The translations under genes and the position numbers were made by a program. 64,000 bases of DNA from a virus. Positions 57,558 to 64,000 of the stretch are shown piece after piece; position 1 is the first letter of the stretch, and the number at the start of each line of letters is the position of its first letter. Where the stretch lies: the IMG/VR virus record IMGVR_UViG_3300030104_003796, positions 2,936 through 66,935 of that record. The stretch is one strand, 5' to 3'. Below the pieces are notes generated by a model. That model did no database searches. It saw only the letters and a list, made by a program, of their open reading frames with translations, and was not told the origin of the DNA.

Positions 57558-59426
57558 ATGTCTTGTGGTTGCGGTTGCGGCGGAGAAGTAATCGCCTATG
57601 AAAATTGGGAAGAAATAGATGTTGAAGCGGCAGAATATCAAGGTCGCTCGGTAACTCTAAATAAACCATTCAGAACAAAAGGCGCGAATAAAAAATTCGG
57701 TGTCTATACTAAAAATGAAAAAGGTAATGTCGTTCTTGTAAGATTTGGCGACCCTAACATGGAAATCAAAAGAGATGACCCCGCTAGAAGAAAATCTTTC
57801 CGCTCACGACATAACTGTGATTCTCCCGGCCCAAAATGGAAGGCTCGTTATTGGTCTTGCAGACAATGGCGCGGTGATAAAAAGGTCGAAGCAGAAGACG
57901 GTAGCCCTTGCGGTTGCGGTTGTAATGAAGACGAATCTGTTGAAGCCAAAGACGCTGATGACCCATGCACAGAAGGCTACGAGCAATACGGCATGAAAAC
58001 AAAAAATGGTCGCCGTGTGCCTAACTGTATTCCTATTAAACAAAAAGCGGAAGCAGGGTATGATGTATGCGCTTCTTGCACATCTCAAACCTACTGTGCA
58101 GACCATAAGACTTGTAAAATGGAAAGCAAAGAGGCGGCAGAACCAACTCCAAAAGATGACGAATCACATGAAGATTACATGAGCCGATGTATGGCTATGG
58201 GATATTCGGAAGACGAATGTATGGCCGCACACGAAGGACATGAATTTAAGGTTGAAGGCTACAAGAAAAAGAAAGATGAGTATGCTTCCCAAACCTGCGG
58301 TATCGGCGAAGAATTGATTGACGGCGAATGCCGAAAGGTCGCAGTAACTCTTGAATTAGAAATTGGAGAGGCCGAAGCAATACTTGAGGCCACCACAGGA
58401 AAAACCGTTATTGAAATTAGAGGAATAGCATTCCACGAAGGCATGAATAAAAACAATTGGTCCTTAACAAAAGAGGGCGCACAATTTGTTGCCGAGCAAA
58501 TGGTTAATTCCGATTTAACACTTAACCACCCGAAGGCTACGGCTGGCGGTGGCTTTACGCGCAATATGAAAGGCGACATAGATGAAGCCGTTGTAGGATA
58601 TATTACAGAAGCAACCTTTGAAGAAAGAGAAGAAGGCTACGTTGTTAGATACGCCGCCCATGTTGTAAGAACAGAATTATTTGAAGCATTAGAATCTGGT
58701 CTTTGGTTAAGAGCAGGGTATGGTGTAAGTATTGGTGGGTCGGGTGTACCTGTAAAGGCAGACGATGATGGTTTAGTCTTTGGAAAAGATTTTACCTTTG
58801 ACCATTTGGCTATTGTGCATAAGCCAGCCTATGAAGATGCAAACATAGAAAGCGTAAAAAGAGTCGAAGCACAGACAACTATTAAATATCACCCTGCATC
58901 TGAGGCAAATCAACAATTGGTGAAAGACATGACCGATGAAACTATTGAAGATACAAACGAAATGGAAGCCCTCGCTTCTCAAATCGAAGACTTGAAGGCT
59001 CAAGTCGTTCTTGCTAACAGTCGCGTTGCCGAATTTGAGGCCGCAGATGACGCAAGAGCGGAAGATGACCGACAGGTTCTCGTAACTGAGGCAAGCGAAA
59101 TGGGTATGAAGGGCCACGATGACCTTTCGACTGAAACGCTAAGAGGCTTGATTGCTTCGTGGGCTGAGGCACACCCTACCCCCGAACCTGTTGAGATGAA
59201 ACCTGTTGAGGAAGCCGTTGCTTCTGAAACAGTAGTGGAAGCATCAAAACCAGCCCCTAAGTCGGTAATAGCAAATTACCTAAACGGAACACTAATTGAG
59301 TCCGATGAAGAAATCTATGAGAAGGCATGGAACGCATGGGCTTCTGCATGGAACAACACTCTCGCCCGCAACGAAAAAGATAATATGCGAGCAGGAAAAT
59401 ACTCAGAAATAAAGGAGATGATTTGA
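57558..59426 (+). CDS. Prohead protease-scaffold fusion with a modular Cys-rich N-terminal extension
   Basis: IRGIAFHEGMNKNNW, LNH, GVSIGG, FDHLAIVHKPAY protease core; coiled-coil C-terminus. Confidence 0.85.
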   Translation: MSCGCGCGGEVIAYENWEEIDVEAAEYQGRSVTLNKPFRTKGANKKFGVYTKNEKGNVVLVRFGDPNMEIKRDDPARRKSFRSRHNCDSPGPKWKARYWSCRQWRGDKKVEAEDGSPCGCGCNEDESVEAKDADDPCTEGYEQYGMKTKNGRRVPNCIPIKQKAEAGYDVCASCTSQTYCADHKTCKMESKEAAEPTPKDDESHEDYMSRCMAMGYSEDECMAAHEGHEFKVEGYKKKKDEYASQTCGIGEELIDGECRKVAVTLELEIGEAEAILEATTGKTVIEIRGIAFHEGMNKNNWSLTKEGAQFVAEQMVNSDLTLNHPKATAGGGFTRNMKGDIDEAVVGYITEATFEEREEGYVVRYAAHVVRTELFEALESGLWLRAGYGVSIGGSGVPVKADDDGLVFGKDFTFDHLAIVHKPAYEDANIESVKRVEAQTTIKYHPASEANQQLVKDMTDETIEDTNEMEALASQIEDLKAQVVLANSRVAEFEAADDARAEDDRQVLVTEASEMGMKGHDDLSTETLRGLIASWAEAHPTPEPVEMKPVEEAVASETVVEASKPAPKSVIANYLNGTLIESDEEIYEKAWNAWASAWNNTLARNEKDNMRAGKYSEIKEMI

Positions 59427-59427
59427 A

Positions 59428-59850
59428 ATGGCTTACGGAGAAGGCGCAGACCCACGAAATGCAACATTGAAGGCATCCACCACTGTTAGCGGTGCTGGCT
59501 ACCTTTTGACTAACGACAGCACTAATAACACACTTGACCTAACTGCGGTTAGCGAGGTTTGTATTGGTGTATCTGCTGGCGAATCCAGCCGAGATGCAAA
59601 TCTTGATTACGAAACAACAGGTGCTACAATATCATACTACCCATTGGGCGGAATGCTGATGGTAGCGGCTACCGCTTCACAAACATGGACTACAGGCGCA
59701 ACTGTTTATGCAACTAACGCTGGTCTTGCTACAACTTCAAGCGGTTCTTCCGCAAAGAAACTTGGTCTATATGTAGGAGAGGGTCAAACCACATCTTCTG
59801 CTAACGGTGATTTAATCCCCGTTATGACCGCAGGTGCGGAGATTGCTTGA
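59428..59850 (+). CDS. Putative capsid decoration/cement protein
   Basis: Small beta-rich protein between protease and capsid genes. Confidence 0.6.
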   Translation: MAYGEGADPRNATLKASTTVSGAGYLLTNDSTNNTLDLTAVSEVCIGVSAGESSRDANLDYETTGATISYYPLGGMLMVAATASQTWTTGATVYATNAGLATTSSGSSAKKLGLYVGEGQTTSSANGDLIPVMTAGAEIA

Positions 59851-59866
59851 ATAAGGAGATGATGAA

Positions 59867-60775
59867 ATGGCGCAAAGTTTAGAAGATATATTGAATGTTG
59901 AAGCAGCAGCAGGACCTTTCTCCACCGGAGATTCGGTCCTTGAGCAAACACTAAGAGATTTTATCCAACTACAGTCCACTACTATTGCAGTAGGAACAAA
60001 TGTTGTTGGAACACGCACCGTAGGATGGCTTGAATTCAAGTGGTTCACAGGTGCAACAGGTTCATTCTCCTACCCATTGGATGATAACGCAACCACAGAC
60101 CCAACCAAGATTGGAACAGAAAACTACACCGTTAAGTTAGAGAAAGGACAGGGCCGATGCACTTTCCTTGACTCCGTAAGACTACGCGGTGAGTCCTTTG
60201 AGAACATTGACCGACAACAACTCGGAATTATTCAAGCAAGGGCAGACAAGATAGACAACCATATTCTATCCACACTCTATGCAGGTGCAGGACAGACAAA
60301 GGCCGCAACTTCGACCTTTGGTTCAGCCGCCGCAGACGAGGAACAGGATATCTTAGAGGCTATGGACCTTATCTTTGCTAATGCAAAGGTTAGCGGTGAT
60401 GAACCACTTGCTCTAATCCTACCAGCCGATAAGAGAAGCACTATGATGAACACTCAACTATACGGAAACGTTGTTGAGTCGCTACAATCCCACTTAGGGC
60501 GCGTTGCTAACCTAACAATTTACTACACCCGCGACTACGGAAGCGGAAATGCACTCGGAAACGATGCACTACTACTAATTCCGGGTGCTGAAACTGCTGA
60601 ATTCTTCCAATACAACGGACCGGGATTCATGGAAACTGAATTGACTCGACTACCGGGTGTTGGCTTCGATTGGCTACTAACTTCCTTTATGGGAAGCGTA
60701 GTGCATGAGCATCAAGACGGTGCATCAAGCGGCACTTCAAACAGGATTGTTAAACTAACAGGCGTAAGGGCATAA
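59867..60775 (+). CDS. Major capsid protein (HK97-fold)
   Basis: Canonical position and size; AGGAG leader; ARADKIDNHIL backbone-helix-like segment. Confidence 0.75.
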   Translation: MAQSLEDILNVEAAAGPFSTGDSVLEQTLRDFIQLQSTTIAVGTNVVGTRTVGWLEFKWFTGATGSFSYPLDDNATTDPTKIGTENYTVKLEKGQGRCTFLDSVRLRGESFENIDRQQLGIIQARADKIDNHILSTLYAGAGQTKAATSTFGSAAADEEQDILEAMDLIFANAKVSGDEPLALILPADKRSTMMNTQLYGNVVESLQSHLGRVANLTIYYTRDYGSGNALGNDALLLIPGAETAEFFQYNGPGFMETELTRLPGVGFDWLLTSFMGSVVHEHQDGASSGTSNRIVKLTGVRA

Positions 60776-60790
60776 TCGGGGTGATTGAGG

Positions 60791-61207
60791 ATGCCTCAGA
60801 ACCGTAAAATGCAAAATCTCCTAACCGGAGTAATGCCTAAGAGAACCGACACAGGCGGCACAAGTGGCCTAATCCCTCTTTTGTATGTATTTACAACAGA
60901 TGGTGGGGCTACAGAAAGTGAGTCTGTTGCGGTTGATAGAGCAATCCGTGTTGTTGATGCACACGCAGTATTAAAGGGCGCAGGAACAACAAGCGATACA
61001 TACCAAGTATTCAACGGGTCAAACGCTATTAGTGATGCAGTATCTATTGCATCCGGTGGCGATAAAGACATTATTAGAATCGGCGAGATTGATGACGCAA
61101 GACACGAAGTAGCCGCAGGTGGAACACTCAAGGTAACTGCTACTGATGGTGGCGGCACAGATGTTCCCGCTTTGGTAGTATATGTTCTCGCTTACGCTAT
61201 CGCGTGA
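60791..61207 (+). CDS. Putative minor capsid/decoration protein
   Basis: Beta-rich 138-aa ORF after the capsid gene. Confidence 0.5.
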   Translation: MPQNRKMQNLLTGVMPKRTDTGGTSGLIPLLYVFTTDGGATESESVAVDRAIRVVDAHAVLKGAGTTSDTYQVFNGSNAISDAVSIASGGDKDIIRIGEIDDARHEVAAGGTLKVTATDGGGTDVPALVVYVLAYAIA

Positions 61208-61217
61208 GGTGAAGGAC

Positions 61218-61457
61218 ATGGATTTGCTTAAAGAAATCTGCAAGGAATTGGGGCGCGAATGCCCCGATGAATTACCCGATGTATTGGTAAATGTTAAATC
61301 TGATTTTAAGATTAAACGATGGGTTATCCGCAATTGCGCGGTAGCCGAAGTAAAGACAAAGAGCCGTAAGGCAAAGGAAGTGAAAGTGAATGTCGAAGAA
61401 AAGCCAAAAGAAAGCACCAACGAAAGCGAAGTTAGTATCTCAACTAAAAAAGAATGA
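61218..61457 (+). CDS. Hypothetical protein
   Basis: GAGGTG leader before MDLLKE. Confidence 0.55.
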   Translation: MDLLKEICKELGRECPDELPDVLVNVKSDFKIKRWVIRNCAVAEVKTKSRKAKEVKVNVEEKPKESTNESEVSISTKKE

Positions 61458-61746
61458 GATACCAATTCCCGAATCAGCAAACAAGGCTGATATGGAACAC
61501 CGGCTTAAGCATTGGGTTAGTGGAAAGGGTTTTTTGGTTCGCTTAATGAAATCTTCTCAAGGCAGACCCGACCACCCTGTTAGTCTTTTGACTGATAGAA
61601 AAACAATATATTGGATTCCTAATAGCGACATGGCTAAAAGAATCATAGAATCAAAAATTGTTTTTGTAATGGATAGAACGGAGAAACCTTCATCAGACAC
61701 TACATTTCTTGATGTGCCGTTGGACTACGACATGAGGTTTGCATAA
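61390..61746 (+). CDS. Protein with an N-terminal HeH/SAP-like motif
   Basis: TKAKLVSQLKKNEIPIPESANKADMEHRL. Confidence 0.5.
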   Translation: MSKKSQKKAPTKAKLVSQLKKNEIPIPESANKADMEHRLKHWVSGKGFLVRLMKSSQGRPDHPVSLLTDRKTIYWIPNSDMAKRIIESKIVFVMDRTEKPSSDTTFLDVPLDYDMRFA

Positions 61747-62234
61747 TGGGCTTCGTAATGGGAGATTTGGTAATTGAAGACGGCGACACCCTCTTTAGCA
61801 CACAAATTACAGTAAATACAATCCGCAATCTCCTTAACAGACCGAGAGGACTCAATAGCGGAACAGTTATTGAGTATGTTAATCTTCGTAATTCACAGGT
61901 AACAAAAAAGACACGACAGGCAAATTATGTCGGAGTAACTTCGACAAATGCGCCTTCGACAACAGACATAGAGAATGCTATCAAACTTCTCGTATGTGTT
62001 GATTGTCTTCGTGTCCTCATTGATACTATACCTGCCGTTGTGCCGGAAAAAGAACAAGGAGTATCAGATATTAGATTTAACAAACAATTGGCTTCGTTTG
62101 AAAAGCAAGCGGAAGAAGCATTGAGTTTAATTGAAGAAAAAGGCGGAACGGCATTCTCGGCGAAGAAAACGGCTTCCCGTATAAGTGGAACAACAAGTAG
62201 TCAATTATCCGGTTCGTTGCATCCAACGGACTGA
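61746..62234 (+). CDS. Putative head-tail connector
   Basis: ITVNTIRNLL...IENAIKLLVC helical adaptor-like pattern. Confidence 0.5.
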   Translation: MGFVMGDLVIEDGDTLFSTQITVNTIRNLLNRPRGLNSGTVIEYVNLRNSQVTKKTRQANYVGVTSTNAPSTTDIENAIKLLVCVDCLRVLIDTIPAVVPEKEQGVSDIRFNKQLASFEKQAEEALSLIEEKGGTAFSAKKTASRISGTTSSQLSGSLHPTD

Positions 62235-62244
62235 GGGATAACTA

Positions 62245-63837
62245 ATGGCGACAATTAAATGGGCTGGCGGCACATCAACAGATGCGAGCGTTGCGGCGAA
62301 TTGGGTCGGTGGTGCTTTACCCACTTCTTCTGATGTTGTATCTTTTACAGGTTCAGTATCTAACATTTGTGATATGACTAATTTAAGCGCAGAAACATAT
62401 CAAAAAATAACGGTTGTTAGTGATTACAACTCGACTGTTACATTTTCATCTCAAACAATAACATTAACAGATGGTGTAGGTCTTGAAATAAACAAAGCGG
62501 GTGTTTTTAATTGCGGCTCAAATGTAATTTTTGATTTTACAGGAACGCCAACCGGTAACGCATACAATTCAGATGGCTCGACAACAGGCCAACCACTATA
62601 CACAGTAAAAATAGACAGTAGTAATGATACCAATTTAGATACTTCACCAACAGGTGTATTTATAGATGAAACCGATAGGTCTAATACAACATTTGTTTTC
62701 AAAAATAGTAGTGCGACTTTGAAAATGTATTTGATGGATGGTGTCTATCCTAATGTTAAATTTGAGCCTACTGCCGCTACAACCTTTGATACGAGAAATG
62801 CTTTTGATACATATACCGCATCAGATATAAACACATTATCTAAAATGAACGAATACGGAAAAGTAAATATGTTAAATTTTACAGTTACAGATACAGATAT
62901 TACAGTAAGTGCTGGAAGTAAAAATTACGATGACCTAAATAAAATTTTCAAAATAAAAGGTTCAATTGCTACTATTGGTGCTAACACTTTTGATTGGGGA
63001 TATGCTACTCTTGAATTAGAACCTACCGCAAATTCCACAATACCATGCACCGGTAGCACAACGCATGGTTCGGGTTTTTTCAAAGCGCATTATCATAAAT
63101 TGGTAATAGAAGAATCAACAAGTAATTCTTATTACTATTTGTTAGAAACAGATTTGCGCTTAAATTGTAATGACTTGATAGTTAATGGAAGGCTTTATGG
63201 TAATAGCGATTACAATTCTTCTGCCGATACAACGGCAGAAATACACACAGTAAAAAGCCCTACAATAAATGGTGATTGGAATTTTCAACAAGTATCAGAT
63301 GGTATATACCGAGCAAGAGGAACGCTTGAATTAAGCCCTGTTGCATACGGTGGAACAGGAAGAAGATTTCTTACAACCGATAGTGTTCTTTATGGTCGAG
63401 GTTCAAACGAAGTAGGTTTAACTACTAAAATACTACACCCTATATTTTTTGAAAGGTCGGCGATAGATACAAGCGCGGTTGATTTTAGAAGTCCAACGGC
63501 CACAGGTGCTACTGCATATCCTAACGCATTTCCTATGCCTTATGCTGGTAAAGTAGTAGCGGCGACATTCTTATTTGCTGGTTCCGCAATCACTACCACC
63601 GGAAACACAAATGTTATTAGAATAAGAAAAAATGGTGGAACAAGTGGTAGCGATATAAACGATGTTAGTTTTAATGAAGGTGATTTAACAAACACTAACG
63701 GCACAAATTATTCGCTTGTTGAAACGGGATTAACATTTTCATTTAGTGCGGGAGATGTTTTACAAGTTAAAAGGCAATCCGGTGCTACCGACTTAAACAA
63801 CGGACAAGCAATTCTTTGGGTGAAGTTTGATTATTAG
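62245..63837 (+). CDS. Putative fibre/virion structural protein
   Basis: WAGGTSTD...NWVGGALP..DVV N-terminal motif, PVAYGGTG motif, beta-rich C-terminus. Confidence 0.65.
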   Translation: MATIKWAGGTSTDASVAANWVGGALPTSSDVVSFTGSVSNICDMTNLSAETYQKITVVSDYNSTVTFSSQTITLTDGVGLEINKAGVFNCGSNVIFDFTGTPTGNAYNSDGSTTGQPLYTVKIDSSNDTNLDTSPTGVFIDETDRSNTTFVFKNSSATLKMYLMDGVYPNVKFEPTAATTFDTRNAFDTYTASDINTLSKMNEYGKVNMLNFTVTDTDITVSAGSKNYDDLNKIFKIKGSIATIGANTFDWGYATLELEPTANSTIPCTGSTTHGSGFFKAHYHKLVIEESTSNSYYYLLETDLRLNCNDLIVNGRLYGNSDYNSSADTTAEIHTVKSPTINGDWNFQQVSDGIYRARGTLELSPVAYGGTGRRFLTTDSVLYGRGSNEVGLTTKILHPIFFERSAIDTSAVDFRSPTATGATAYPNAFPMPYAGKVVAATFLFAGSAITTTGNTNVIRIRKNGGTSGSDINDVSFNEGDLTNTNGTNYSLVETGLTFSFSAGDVLQVKRQSGATDLNNGQAILWVKFDY

Positions 63838-63845
63838 GTGATATT

Positions 63846-64000
63846 ATGGAGTGGGATGAATTAAGAGGCGAGCGTGATTCTCGATTACTACAAATGGACC
63901 TTTACCAACTCGCGGTGTTATGGGAAGGTCTTACCGATACACAAAAAACAGAATTACGGAATTATCGGATTGCGTTATTAGATTTACCGCAAAATTACAA
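63846..64000 (+). CDS. Tail-fibre assembly chaperone-like protein, 3'-truncated
   Basis: WDELRGERDSRLL..D...YRIALLDLP pattern. Confidence 0.65.
   Translation, partial: MEWDELRGERDSRLLQMDLYQLAVLWEGLTDTQKTELRNYRIALLDLPQNY

Noticed and set aside
1-64000. tRNA/rRNA genes, integrase, reverse transcriptase/DGR, inteins
   Set aside because: No cloverleaf, recombinase, RT or intein motifs were seen by eye; PolB, RFC, MCM and TerL are not enlarged. tRNAscan-SE and HMM searches would be needed to exclude them fully.

Overview
The window looks like a nearly complete, circularly permuted genome of a tailed dsDNA archaeal virus (Caudoviricetes, HK97-fold head, long tape measure), most likely a 'magrovirus' of Marine Group II Euryarchaeota (Poseidoniales). 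This is inferred by eye from the archaeal-type replisome (PolB, fused PriS-PriL primase, PCNA-like clamp, RFC, RPA-like OB protein, MCM-like helicase, ERCC4/XPF nuclease), TATA/BRE-type promoters, GGTGA ribosome-binding sites and an LDLa/GCTD-repeat protein; no database search was run. Layout: + strand fibre/tail module (1-19.8 kb); - strand replication and early module (19.8-47 kb); a non-coding region saturated with a TTATGTAAC motif plus a small + strand module (45-50.5 kb); - strand terminase operon (50.5-53.7 kb); + strand portal/protease/capsid module (54-64 kb). The most unusual signals are non-coding. (1) About 40 TTATGTAAC copies that switch orientation at 47.31-47.34 kb, with a related site at 50.5 kb, together bracketing a TTT-depleted 3.2-kb module. 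(2) A ~150-bp element (two TACTGCG boxes around a CTTCAAAG..CTTTGAAG inverted repeat) present twice, inverted, at 37.2 and 53.8 kb. (3) A candidate ~130-nt ncRNA (long rod plus 3' H-type pseudoknot) at 43.65-43.78 kb. (4) A 26-bp promoter repeated five times. Coding-level signals include a -1 frameshift in the tail chaperone and VEA motifs punctuating the prohead protease and the capsid N-terminus.
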